Positions 29,227 through 38,626 of a DNA stretch of 64,000 bases are shown here, piece by piece. This DNA comes from an uncultured Ignavibacterium sp. (GTDB lineage: Bacteria; Bacteroidota; Ignavibacteria; Ch128b): contig CAYVTW010000007.1 of the NCBI GenBank assembly GCA_964454895.1, forward strand, positions 12,338 through 76,337, given 5' to 3'. The notes beneath the pieces were generated by a model, which worked only from the letters and a program-made list of their open reading frames with translations, had not been told where the DNA came from and ran no database searches. Each line of letters opens with the position of its first letter. Position 1 is the stretch's first letter. The position numbers and the translations under genes were made by a program.

Positions 29227-31035
29227 CTATTCTTTTTCATATATATCTTTTATTAGATGTGAATAACGCTCTTCGATAATTTTTCTACGAATTTTTAATG
29301 TTGGTGTAAGCTCACCACCTTCAATGGTGAATGGTTTATCAAGGATCACAAATTTTCTTATTCTTTCATAACTAGCCAGGTTTTTCTGTAGTGTTTGAAT
29401 ATCTTTCTCAATCAATTTATAAATTTCTGGATGATGAGCTAAATCCTCAACTCTATCGTAAGGAATTTTATGAGCATCAGCATATTCTCTGATTGCTTCG
29501 AAGTCTGGAGTAATCAAGGCTGAAAGGAATGTTTTATTATCACCTATCAGAACAAATTGATCTATGAATTTACTTCTAGTGAAAAGACTTTCGAGTTGTT
29601 GTGGTGCAATATATTTCCCACCGGAAGTTTTGAAGAGATGTTTCTTCCTATCAGTAATTTTTAAGAATCCGTGTTTATCAAATTCACCGATATCACCCGT
29701 ATGAAGCCAACCATCTTTATCAATAGCTTCTTCAGTTGCTTTTTTGTTTTTGTAATATCCTTTCATAATGTTTGGTCCACGGGCAAGTATTTCACCATCT
29801 TCAGCAATCTTTACTTCAACACCTGGAATTGGTTTTCCAACGGTTCCAAATTTATAATCGTCTAATCTATTACAAGTAATTACAGGGCTTGATTCGGTTA
29901 GACCATATCCTTCGATAATTAAAATTCCCATCGCTTCAAAGAATTCTCCAATTTCTTGAGGTAATGCTGCTCCACCACTAACAAAAAATCTTAACCTACC
30001 ACCAGTAGCAGCTCTAATCTTTTTAAAAACTAATTTTTCTGCTAATTTATATTTAGCCGTCAGAATGGGATTTAATTTTTTTTCTTTCTTTGCGTCTTGA
30101 TACTTTTTACCTACTTCAAGTGCCCAGTAGAAAATTTTCTGCTTTGCAGGAGGTGAGTTATCGACATTTTTCAGAACACGAGAATGAATTCTTTCAAACA
30201 ATCTTGGTACTGATGTCATCACAGTAGGCTTAACTTCTTGTAAATCTTTAGCCACAGTATCGATCGATTGAGCATAGGCTATTAAGCATCCTGCTGAAAA
30301 GGCTGTGTAATAACCAGCCATTCTCTCGAATGAGTGGGAAAGGGGCAAGAAAGATAGAAAAATATCGTTATGATCAGCTGGTATTACTTGAAGAACAGCT
30401 TTCACATTACTTACAAAATTATTATGAGTAAGCATCACCCCTTTTGGTTCCCCAGTAGTTCCTGAAGTGTAAATTAATGTACATAAGTCTTCAGGATTAG
30501 CTTTACTCATCTCCTCGTTTAATACAGGATCAAATTTATCCGCTTCTTTTCTACCAAGATCAACAACTGATCTAAAGGTATAAATACCTTCTTCTGCATC
30601 TTTTTCATTCAAAATTATTATATGTTTAAGTGATTTAACATTTTTTTGGATTTTCTGAACTTTAGTTAGTTGCAGTTTATTAGAAACAATTACCGCTTTA
30701 CATTCTGAATCATTCATTATATATTCAATTGTATTTGAAGTTGAAGAAGGATACATCGGTACATCAATTGCTCCTATAGAAAGGATCGCTAAGTCACAAA
30801 AGACCCATTCTGGTCTATTTTCTGAAATAATTCCGACCATATCATTTCTTTTTATTCCAAGCGCAAGTAGCCCCATTGCAAAATTTCTTACCTTTTCCCT
30901 AAGCTCCTTGTATGTTATTCCAACCCATTTATCCTGCACCTTATGCATAAGCGCAGGTCTATCTAGATTTATAAAATGTTTAGTAATTCTATCGTACATT
31001 TCTACGATAGTATTAAAATTTGTAACTATAGGCAT
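29227..31035 (-). CDS. Long-chain acyl-CoA synthetase (AMP-binding family)
   Basis: AMP-binding motif YTSGTTGEPKGV. 602 aa. Confidence 0.85.
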   Translation of the reverse strand: MPIVTNFNTIVEMYDRITKHFINLDRPALMHKVQDKWVGITYKELREKVRNFAMGLLALGIKRNDMVGIISENRPEWVFCDLAILSIGAIDVPMYPSSTSNTIEYIMNDSECKAVIVSNKLQLTKVQKIQKNVKSLKHIIILNEKDAEEGIYTFRSVVDLGRKEADKFDPVLNEEMSKANPEDLCTLIYTSGTTGEPKGVMLTHNNFVSNVKAVLQVIPADHNDIFLSFLPLSHSFERMAGYYTAFSAGCLIAYAQSIDTVAKDLQEVKPTVMTSVPRLFERIHSRVLKNVDNSPPAKQKIFYWALEVGKKYQDAKKEKKLNPILTAKYKLAEKLVFKKIRAATGGRLRFFVSGGAALPQEIGEFFEAMGILIIEGYGLTESSPVITCNRLDDYKFGTVGKPIPGVEVKIAEDGEILARGPNIMKGYYKNKKATEEAIDKDGWLHTGDIGEFDKHGFLKITDRKKHLFKTSGGKYIAPQQLESLFTRSKFIDQFVLIGDNKTFLSALITPDFEAIREYADAHKIPYDRVEDLAHHPEIYKLIEKDIQTLQKNLASYERIRKFVILDKPFTIEGGELTPTLKIRRKIIEERYSHLIKDIYEKE

Positions 31036-31208
31036 TCTAGCTCTCCTCTTTTATGATAAGATTAAAAATTTGATAGAAGTTAAATATCAAGATGTAAAAA
31101 ATCAAAACGCTTTAAGCTTAACTCTAGATAAGAATTCAATCCATTGATATAATGGATTATTTTCATTCAGGCTTCATTATTTATCTTTGCAAAAATATAG
31201 GAGACAAA

Positions 31209-32738
31209 ATGAAAAAGCTTAGAAATACAATTTCACTTTTATTTAATAAATCGCTTGATTTAATTGAGTATATAGGTAACAAACTACCGCATCCTGCAAC
31301 TCTTTTCATTATTCTTGCTCTTACAGTGGCTATTTTTTCGTTGTTAGGTACTCTATTGGATTGGACTGCTATTCATCCTGCAAATAATTCCGAAATTAAA
31401 GTTAAAAATTTGTTAAATGCTGATGGATTGAGATGGATTTACACAAACGTTACTCACAATTTTGTTAATTTCCCTCCCCTCGGTTATGTTCTTGCAGTTA
31501 TGATTGGTATTGGTGTTGCCGAAGGTTCTGGACTATTTACAGCGTTGATCCGAGCATTAGTATTAAGCGCTCCAAAAAGTATGATCACTTTTGCATTAGT
31601 CTTTGCTGGTATTTTATCTCATATTGCTTCAGAAGCTGGTTATGTAATTCTAATCCCCCTAGGAGCTATGCTATTTCATGCACTTGGTAGACATCCAATG
31701 GCCGGATTAGCTGCAGCTTTTTGTGGTGTTAGCGGCGGATTTGGTGCAAACTTTTTAATTGGTTCGGTTGATCCAATTCTTGCTGGACTCTCTCAGTCCG
31801 CTGCCCAAATCATCGATCCAAATATAAAGATTAACGCGGCGGTAAATTTTTACTTTATGTTTATTTCGGCTATTCTTATAACTTTTCTTGGAACATTCAT
31901 AACCGAAAGAATTGTTGAACCACGACTAAAATCCTACACTGGAAATGTTGAAAGAGTAAATGTTGAGACGATTTCACTAGATGAGAAAAGAGGTTTACGA
32001 TGGGCTGGTCTCAGTGCATCAGTTCTTTTAGTTCTCTTGGCGCTCACCATTATTCCTCAGAACGGTCTATTAAGAAATCCTGAAACTGGCGAGATACTTC
32101 ACTCACCTTTCTTTGATGGGATAATAACAGGTATACTTTTGTTCTTCTTCATTCCTGGTTTAGTTTACGGAATAGTTGTGAAATCAATTCGAAACGACAA
32201 AGATTTAATGAAACATATTATAAAATCAATGGGAACATTGGCCACTTACATAGTTTTAGTATTTTTTGCTGCTCAATTTGTTTATTTCTTCAGATACAGC
32301 AATCTGGGATTAATTATAGCAATCAAAGGTGCAGAATTTTTAAGAAGCATAGAATTGACTGGTATAAGTTTAATTGTTGCATTTGTTCTACTCTCTGCTT
32401 TTATAAATATGTTCATGGGAAGTGCTTCAGCAAAGTGGGCAATTATGGCTCCCGTTTTTGTGCCTATGTTTATGTTACTTGGATACCATCCCGCTCTTAC
32501 GCAAGCAGCTTTTCGAATTGGTGACTCTGTAACCAATCTTATTACTCCAATGATGAGTTACTTTGCCTTAATAGTTGCATTCGCTCAAAAATATGATGAG
32601 AAATATGGAATCGGTACAATTATTTCCACGATGATACCTTATACAATTCTTTTTACAATCTTTTGGACTTTATTATTAATCATTTGGATGTTAATAGGAT
32701 TACCCGTTGGACCAGATGGACCGCTTTACTTGAAATAA
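31209..32738 (+). CDS. AbgT-family transporter
   Basis: Polytopic membrane protein with an AbgT-like N-terminus (..GNKLPHPATLFIILAL..). Start moved to MKKLRN, which follows an AGGAG ribosome-binding site. Confidence 0.8.
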   Translation: MKKLRNTISLLFNKSLDLIEYIGNKLPHPATLFIILALTVAIFSLLGTLLDWTAIHPANNSEIKVKNLLNADGLRWIYTNVTHNFVNFPPLGYVLAVMIGIGVAEGSGLFTALIRALVLSAPKSMITFALVFAGILSHIASEAGYVILIPLGAMLFHALGRHPMAGLAAAFCGVSGGFGANFLIGSVDPILAGLSQSAAQIIDPNIKINAAVNFYFMFISAILITFLGTFITERIVEPRLKSYTGNVERVNVETISLDEKRGLRWAGLSASVLLVLLALTIIPQNGLLRNPETGEILHSPFFDGIITGILLFFFIPGLVYGIVVKSIRNDKDLMKHIIKSMGTLATYIVLVFFAAQFVYFFRYSNLGLIIAIKGAEFLRSIELTGISLIVAFVLLSAFINMFMGSASAKWAIMAPVFVPMFMLLGYHPALTQAAFRIGDSVTNLITPMMSYFALIVAFAQKYDEKYGIGTIISTMIPYTILFTIFWTLLLIIWMLIGLPVGPDGPLYLK

Positions 32739-32917
32739 AACTAATTTGCAAATTTTATTTTTCGATTTCATTAGTTAAGTTTGAAACAAATTTCCCAGAA
32801 CTCTTGAACTAGATTTTAATATTGAATTTTATTTTTCTCTTTTCTAATTAGTAAGTAATCTCTTCACATATAAAGTGAAGAAGTCATTCTGAAAATTCAA
32901 AAAAAAGGAGAGCATCT

Positions 32918-35686
32918 ATGAAGCATTCAAATACAAACGATAGTAAAAATTCACCTAAAATTGAGAACAACGGCCTATTCAAGCAAGGTGGATTGAAGTT
33001 CAAATATCTTTTCTCAAGAAAAGGGGTACATCCTTTTGATGAAATTGAATGGGAATTACGAGAGGCAAAAATTAACAATGAAAAAGGTCAGGTAGTTTTT
33101 CACCAAAAGGATGTGGAGGTCCCTAAAAGCTGGTCAATGACTGCAACCAATGTAGTTGTATCAAAATATTTTCATGGTCAGATTAACACACCGGACCGAG
33201 AAAAAAGTGTTAAACAATTAGTTGAAAGAGTTTCAAGAACAATTACAAATTGGGGCATTAAAGACGGCTACTTCGAGAGTAACGAAGATGCAGAAGCATT
33301 TTATAGTGAACTAACATATCTTCTAGTTAATCAGTACGGAAGTTTTAACAGTCCAGTTTGGTTTAATGTAGGGATTGAAGAAAAGCCTCAATGTTCTGCT
33401 TGCTTTATCAATTCTGTTGAAGATACGATGGAGTCAATTCTTGAACTAGCAAAAACTGAGGGCATGCTATTCAAATATGGGAGTGGAACGGGCTCAAATT
33501 TGAGTGTTTTACGATCATCAAAAGAACCATTAAGTGGTGGAGGAATGGCATCTGGTCCCGTTTCTTTCATGAAAGGATTTGATGCATTTGCAGGTGTGAT
33601 TAAGAGTGGAGGTAAGACTCGTCGTGCGGCCAAGATGGTAATCTTAAATGTAGACCATCCAGATATAATCGATTTTATTAATTGCAAAGCAGATGAAGAG
33701 AAAAAAGCTCATGCATTGATTCAGATGGGATATGATCCTGGATTTAATGTTCCTGGCGGTGCATATGATAGTATTGCTTATCAAAATGCTAATCATTCCG
33801 TGCGTGTATCCGATGATTTTATGAAGGCAGTTATTGAAGATAAAGAATGGCACACAAAAGCTGTCAAAACAGGTAAAGTATCAGATACATATAGAGCAAA
33901 AGATATAATGGATCAAATCGCACAGGCTGCATGGATTTGTGGCGATCCTGGAATGCAATTCGATACGACAATTAATAACTGGCATACTTGCCCTAATTCT
34001 GGTAGAATCAATGCTAGTAATCCATGCAGTGAATATATGTTCCTAGATGACTCGGCTTGTAATCTCGCCTCATTAAATTTGATGAAATTCCGAAAAGCAG
34101 ATGGTTCTTTTGATATTGAAAAATTTAAATATGCGGTCGATATCTTTATCACAGCACAGGAAATTATAGTTGATAATTCCTCTTACCCAACTAAAGCAAT
34201 CGAGATAAATAGTCATGAGTTTCGTCCTTTAGGATTAGGTTATGCAAACCTCGGTGCATTGCTTATGGCAAATGGGTTAGCTTATGATAGTGATGAAGGA
34301 AGAGCTTATTCCGCTGCAATAACATCAATTATGACAGGGGAAGCATATCGGCACTCTGCAGAGATCGCAAGTAAAATAGGACCATTCAAGGGCTACTATA
34401 AGAATCGTGAGCCATTCTTAAGAGTTATCCAACAACATCTTTCATTTGCAAGAAAAATTGACGGAACTCTAATTCCTATTGATATGTACGATGAAGCAGT
34501 AGCTGTGTGGGAAGAAGCTATTAAACTTGGTGAAAAATATGGTTTTAGAAATGCTCAAGTAACAGTGCTTGCTCCGACAGGAACTATTGGATTTATGATG
34601 GATTGTGATACAACCGGTGTAGAACCTGATATTGCGTTAGTAAAGTATAAAAAATTAGTTGGAGGTGGTGTTTTCAAAATTGTTAACAATACTGTTCCGC
34701 TTGCTCTTGAGAAACTTGGATATGATAGCGAACAAATTGAGCAAATTGTTGCTTACATTAATGCCAATGATACAATTGAAGGTGCACCATATCTTTTAGA
34801 AAAACACCTTCCTATCTTCGACTGTGCTTTCAAACCAGCTAATGGTAAGCGATCAATTCATTATATGGGCCATATCAAAATGATGGCTGCTGTTCAGCCT
34901 TTTCTTTCAGGAGCAATTTCAAAAACTGTTAATATGCCAAATGATGTCACACCTGAAGAGATTAAAAATGCTTATATAGAAGCATGGAAACTTGGACTCA
35001 AAGCAATTGCCGTTTATCGTGATGGTTGCAAATTAACTCAACCATTAAGTACATCATTAAAATCTGATAAGAAAATTAAATCTGAAGAAAAATCTACCGT
35101 AATTGAACAAAGACCAAAAAGAAGAAGATTACCTGACGAGAGACAATCTATCACACACAAATTTAGTATTGGTGGACACGAAGGATATATCACCGTTGGA
35201 ATGTACGAAGATGGAACACCAGGTGAAATTTTTATCGTAATGTCTAAAGAAGGAAGTACAATTTCTGGTGTTATGGATGCATTTGCAACTGCTATTTCTC
35301 TTGCATTACAATATGGTGTCCCATTAAAAGTCCTTGTCGACAAATTTACTCATACGCGATTTGAACCCTCAGGATTTACGAACAATAAACAAATACCAAT
35401 AGCTAAATCAGTTATGGATTATATTTTCAGATGGTTAGCATTGAAATTTTTGCCTGAAGATCAATCTGCATATACTTCAATAGTCGAAACACCAAATGAA
35501 ATAAAACTTGATGAACCCAAAATTCAAAGAAGTGAAAAAGAGACACAAACAATAGAACAGACAGAAAAATTGGTTTTCGTAAGTCAAGCAGATGCACCAC
35601 CATGCCCAGAGTGTGGTTCAATCATGGTGCGAAGCGGTAGTTGTTATAAATGTTTTGAATGTGGTGCTACAAGTGGTTGTTCTTAA
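32918..35686 (+). CDS. nrdJ: Adenosylcobalamin-dependent ribonucleotide reductase (class II, NrdJ) with C-terminal zinc ribbon
   Basis: 922 aa. RNR active-site region (NPCSEY..). C-terminal CPECG..CYKCFECG. GGAG ribosome-binding site upstream. Confidence 0.9.
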   Translation: MKHSNTNDSKNSPKIENNGLFKQGGLKFKYLFSRKGVHPFDEIEWELREAKINNEKGQVVFHQKDVEVPKSWSMTATNVVVSKYFHGQINTPDREKSVKQLVERVSRTITNWGIKDGYFESNEDAEAFYSELTYLLVNQYGSFNSPVWFNVGIEEKPQCSACFINSVEDTMESILELAKTEGMLFKYGSGTGSNLSVLRSSKEPLSGGGMASGPVSFMKGFDAFAGVIKSGGKTRRAAKMVILNVDHPDIIDFINCKADEEKKAHALIQMGYDPGFNVPGGAYDSIAYQNANHSVRVSDDFMKAVIEDKEWHTKAVKTGKVSDTYRAKDIMDQIAQAAWICGDPGMQFDTTINNWHTCPNSGRINASNPCSEYMFLDDSACNLASLNLMKFRKADGSFDIEKFKYAVDIFITAQEIIVDNSSYPTKAIEINSHEFRPLGLGYANLGALLMANGLAYDSDEGRAYSAAITSIMTGEAYRHSAEIASKIGPFKGYYKNREPFLRVIQQHLSFARKIDGTLIPIDMYDEAVAVWEEAIKLGEKYGFRNAQVTVLAPTGTIGFMMDCDTTGVEPDIALVKYKKLVGGGVFKIVNNTVPLALEKLGYDSEQIEQIVAYINANDTIEGAPYLLEKHLPIFDCAFKPANGKRSIHYMGHIKMMAAVQPFLSGAISKTVNMPNDVTPEEIKNAYIEAWKLGLKAIAVYRDGCKLTQPLSTSLKSDKKIKSEEKSTVIEQRPKRRRLPDERQSITHKFSIGGHEGYITVGMYEDGTPGEIFIVMSKEGSTISGVMDAFATAISLALQYGVPLKVLVDKFTHTRFEPSGFTNNKQIPIAKSVMDYIFRWLALKFLPEDQSAYTSIVETPNEIKLDEPKIQRSEKETQTIEQTEKLVFVSQADAPPCPECGSIMVRSGSCYKCFECGATSGCS

Positions 35687-35704
35687 AGATTATCTTAGAT
35701 AACA

Positions 35705-35739
35705 ATAAAAAAGCCTCGCATTGTCGAGGCTTTTTTATT
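35705..35739. terminator. Bidirectional rho-independent terminator between nrdJ and the NlpC/P60 gene
   Basis: aaaaaGCCTCGcattgtCGAGGCtttttt. A-tract on one side and T-tract on the other. Confidence 0.8.
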
Positions 35740-35757
35740 TCAGTAAAAATCAAAAAA

Positions 35758-36462
35758 TTAATCTGCATTAGTTAAGGAGTAAACTTCGCTTAGCCTTCGA
35801 GCACCAACAAATCTTCTCTCATAATAGCCCGATGCCATTGAACTAACAATTACACCATACTTCGTAGAGGCATGTACAAAATAATTCTCCCACAAATAAA
35901 TACCTACATGACCTGGATTTTGTCTTCTTCGTGTATTGAAAAAAACTAAATCACCAAATTTGAGATTATCTTTTGAAACAGGTTGGCCTAATTTAACTTG
36001 TTCCAAGGTTGATCTTGGTAAATCTATACTTAACGATTCTTGAAATACCAAACGTGTAAATGCGCTACAATCAATTCCTTTTCTTGTGTTTCCGCCAAAT
36101 TTATACGGTGTTCCGAGGTAAGAAATAACTGTCATCAAAAATTTTTCATAATCAGTTGGGATACTATTGGTTGTATCTAATCTACCATACTTTGAGAAGA
36201 AATCTGCTAAATTTTCTATTGGTTTAATTTCTTCTTCTGATGAAATAACTTCTCGAAGTTCTTCTTCCGTAAATTCTAAATCAGTCGCAAATCTCTGAGT
36301 TGTATCTGATGCTTGAGAATTAATTGCTTTAGCTATTCGAAGTGAATCAATAAAAAATTGTTTACCGTTTCCATTTCCATTTGTTTTTGTTGCAAATCTT
36401 ACTGGTCCATAACAAGAAGAAAAAAATAGAATTGCAGTAAAAAGGAAAAGTAATTCTCTCAA
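35758..36462 (-). CDS. NlpC/P60 (C40) peptidase lipoprotein
   Basis: Lipobox (FFSSC). C40 catalytic Cys-His blocks (DCSAFTRLVF..HVGIY). Confidence 0.8.
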   Translation of the reverse strand: MRELLFLFTAILFFSSCYGPVRFATKTNGNGNGKQFFIDSLRIAKAINSQASDTTQRFATDLEFTEEELREVISSEEEIKPIENLADFFSKYGRLDTTNSIPTDYEKFLMTVISYLGTPYKFGGNTRKGIDCSAFTRLVFQESLSIDLPRSTLEQVKLGQPVSKDNLKFGDLVFFNTRRRQNPGHVGIYLWENYFVHASTKYGVIVSSMASGYYERRFVGARRLSEVYSLTNAD

Positions 36463-36480
36463 ACTCTCTCCTCTTTTAGT

Positions 36481-36524
36481 TCAAAAATAAAAAACCTCCG
36501 GTTGATTCTACATCAACGCGGAGG
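36481..36524 (-). terminator. Rho-independent terminator downstream of rpoD
   Basis: Roughly 12-bp stem cctccggttgat/atcaacgcggagg (36495-36506 / 36512-36524) with a 1-nt bulge. An A-run at 36483-36494 on plus gives the U-tract on minus. Confidence 0.65.
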
Positions 36525-36543
36525 ATATAGATAATAAAAGTTA

Positions 36544-37401
36544 TTAACCCAAGTAAGCTTTTAAAGCTTTACTTCTTGATGCGTGTCTTAATCGTCTAAT
36601 AGCTTTTTCTTTAATTTGTCTTACTCTTTCCCTCGTAAGGTTAAATTTTTCTCCAATCTCTTCAAGGGTAAGTGAGTGTTCAGAATTTAATCCAAAATAT
36701 AATCTTATAACTTCCGCTTCTCTTTCTGTCAATGTTGATAAAGCTCTCTCTATTTCTTGCTTCAATGATTCTTTCATCAATCCATGATCTGGAGCAGGTT
36801 GAGCATCGTTGCTAATAACATCGAGTAGTCTATTCTCTTCACCTGGTGCAAATGGTGCATCAACAGAGACATGTCGACCAGAGATTTTCAAAGTATCAGC
36901 AATCTCATTAATTGGAATGTTCAATTCTTCTGAAAGCTCTTCAGCACTTGGTTCTCTCTCGAATTCCTGCTCAAGGTTACTGAAAGCTTTACCTATTTTA
37001 TTTAATGCACCTACTCTGTTTAGAGGTAATCGAACAATTCTCGATTGTTCTGCGAGTGCTTGAAGAATAGATTGTCTGATCCACCAAACTGCATAAGAAA
37101 TAAATTTGAATCCACGAGTCTCATCAAATCTTTTTGCGGCTTTAATTAAGCCTAAATTACCTTCGTTAATTAAATCTCCTAAAGATAACCCCTGGTTTTG
37201 GTATTGTTTAGCGACACTAACTACGAAGCGAAGATTTGCTTTTACCAGTTTTTCTAAAGCTCTCTGGTCACCTTTTTTAATTCGTTGAGCTAACTCGATT
37301 TCCTCCTCCGAGGTTATTAAATCAACTCGACCAATTTCTTGTAAATATTTATCTAAAGATTGACTCTCACGATTTGTATATTGTTTTGTGATTCTCACCA
37401 T
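36544..37401 (-). CDS. rpoD: RNA polymerase sigma-70 factor (short primary-type, 285 aa)
   Basis: Regions 2-4 conserved (..[18 protein letters not shown].., ..[13 protein letters not shown].., ..[23 protein letters not shown]..). Confidence 0.9.
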   Translation of the reverse strand: MVRITKQYTNRESQSLDKYLQEIGRVDLITSEEEIELAQRIKKGDQRALEKLVKANLRFVVSVAKQYQNQGLSLGDLINEGNLGLIKAAKRFDETRGFKFISYAVWWIRQSILQALAEQSRIVRLPLNRVGALNKIGKAFSNLEQEFEREPSAEELSEELNIPINEIADTLKISGRHVSVDAPFAPGEENRLLDVISNDAQPAPDHGLMKESLKQEIERALSTLTEREAEVIRLYFGLNSEHSLTLEEIGEKFNLTRERVRQIKEKAIRRLRHASRSKALKAYLG

Positions 37402-37403
37402 GT

Positions 37404-37685
37404 TTATCCCTTTAAATTTGTTTCAACATCTATTCTATCAATGATACCAACAATTGAAGCATCAACAGGAGCCATATCAACGGGTAACGGAATGACCGCT
37501 TCAGACGCAGTTATATACATAACTATCTCACCTGGTCCTGCACCAACAGTATCAATAGCAACAATTGGCTCCCCAGTTTTTTCTAGCTTTGAATTTAATG
37601 GTTGTATGAATTGCATTTTTAACGCTTGCAGGGCTGGATACTTTTTAGTAGCCCAAATTGTTCCAATAACTTTAGCAAAAAACAT
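37404..37685 (-). CDS. BMC vertex (pentamer) protein, EutN/CcmL/PduN family (PF03319-like), paralog 2
   Basis: 93 aa [50 protein letters not shown]. Shares the conserved VIGTV..T.K...L.G and VA.D.VGAG.GE.VL blocks. Confidence 0.7.
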   Translation of the reverse strand: MFFAKVIGTIWATKKYPALQALKMQFIQPLNSKLEKTGEPIVAIDTVGAGPGEIVMYITASEAVIPLPVDMAPVDASIVGIIDRIDVETNLKG

Positions 37686-37984
37686 TAATTCTTTGCTGTC
37701 TCCAATTTTTCTTCTTTAATTACAATATCTAACTTGTCTACGATTGCCATTATAACAGCATCTATTGGTTTGTTCTTGGTGAATGTTGTTTGTCGAGCCG
37801 AAGAACCCGTTGCCACAAGTACCACCTCACCAACACCAGCACCAACGCTATCAACTGCAACTACGAAATTCTTGGTTTCAGAATAATCTAGGTTAATTTG
37901 ACGAACAATCAGAAACTTGGCACCCACCAGATTTTCGTCTTTTCTGGTTGCCCAAACTGTTCCTATTACTCTTCCTAAGATCAA
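37685..37984 (-). CDS. BMC vertex (pentamer) protein, EutN/CcmL/PduN family (PF03319-like), paralog 1
   Basis: 99 aa MILGRVIGTVWATRKDENLVGAKFLIV..VVAVDSVGAGVGEVVLVATGSSARQ..IDAVIMAIVDKLD. Close to E. coli EutN (VAIDNIGAGTGEWVLLVSGSSARQ). Confidence 0.8.
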   Translation of the reverse strand: MILGRVIGTVWATRKDENLVGAKFLIVRQINLDYSETKNFVVAVDSVGAGVGEVVLVATGSSARQTTFTKNKPIDAVIMAIVDKLDIVIKEEKLETAKN

Positions 37985-37988
37985 TTTT

Positions 37989-38381
37989 CTACCCTTTTTT
38001 GTTAATTTTTAGAAGTTTTACATTATTATAATTTAAATATTTTTCTGAATTAAAAGTAGCCAAAACCAACTTGTTCTGAACCGACATCACAACAATTAGA
38101 GCATCCCGCAAGTTCCATTCTTTGTTTAACATTTTTTGCGTTTCAATAATTTCTGCTACTTTTTCAGCGTATCTACTATGAATACCTAGAACTTTGAAAC
38201 CAAATAATAACATATCCGCAAATTTTTTATTTTCAGTTCCTGCGAATTCATAAACTTCAATTGCGTTTATCACAGAAGTAAAACAATCATACTTTTTCAT
38301 TAATTTCATTAAAGTTGATTCCTGATCGCTTGTAATTAGATGATCAACTAATATATCGGTATCAACTAATATTTGTTTCAT
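37989..38381 (-). CDS. PIN-domain protein (VapC-like putative ribonuclease)
   Basis: 130 aa. ILVDTDILVDHL at the N-terminus (catalytic Asp), E in NAIEVYE, D in LRDALIV, and an LATFNSEKY C-terminal motif. 4-nt overlap with the upstream ORF. Confidence 0.7.
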   Translation of the reverse strand: MKQILVDTDILVDHLITSDQESTLMKLMKKYDCFTSVINAIEVYEFAGTENKKFADMLLFGFKVLGIHSRYAEKVAEIIETQKMLNKEWNLRDALIVVMSVQNKLVLATFNSEKYLNYNNVKLLKINKKG

Positions 38382-38626
38382 TTAGTGATTTTTCCCTTCG
38401 ATCTAACAACTCCAAGTGCAATTTCAAGAGGAATCCTTTGTATAGTTGATATCTGTTCAACTGTTTTCTTTGAGATATTTTCTTTCTTACAAATTTCATC
38501 TAGATCAATCAAAAATTTTACTTTAAATTCTCTAGAATTTAATCGTCGCAAGAATGCAATAGCATCATCCGAAAGAATTAATGAATTATTCTCAAGCTTC
38601 GCTTTGAATTCTTTTTCTTCGATCAT
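38378..38626 (-). CDS. Hypothetical 82-aa protein, candidate PIN partner (antitoxin-like position)
   Basis: ORF translationally coupled (ATGA overlaps) to deoB upstream and the PIN gene downstream. No recognisable DNA-binding motif. Confidence 0.45.
   Translation of the reverse strand: MIEEKEFKAKLENNSLILSDDAIAFLRRLNSREFKVKFLIDLDEICKKENISKKTVEQISTIQRIPLEIALGVVRSKGKITK

Noticed and set aside
32739-32917. Cobalamin riboswitch upstream of nrdJ
   Set aside because: The spacer is only about 180 nt, no GCCACTG-like B12 box or other conserved riboswitch core was found by eye, and B12 riboswitches normally repress B12-independent isozymes rather than NrdJ.
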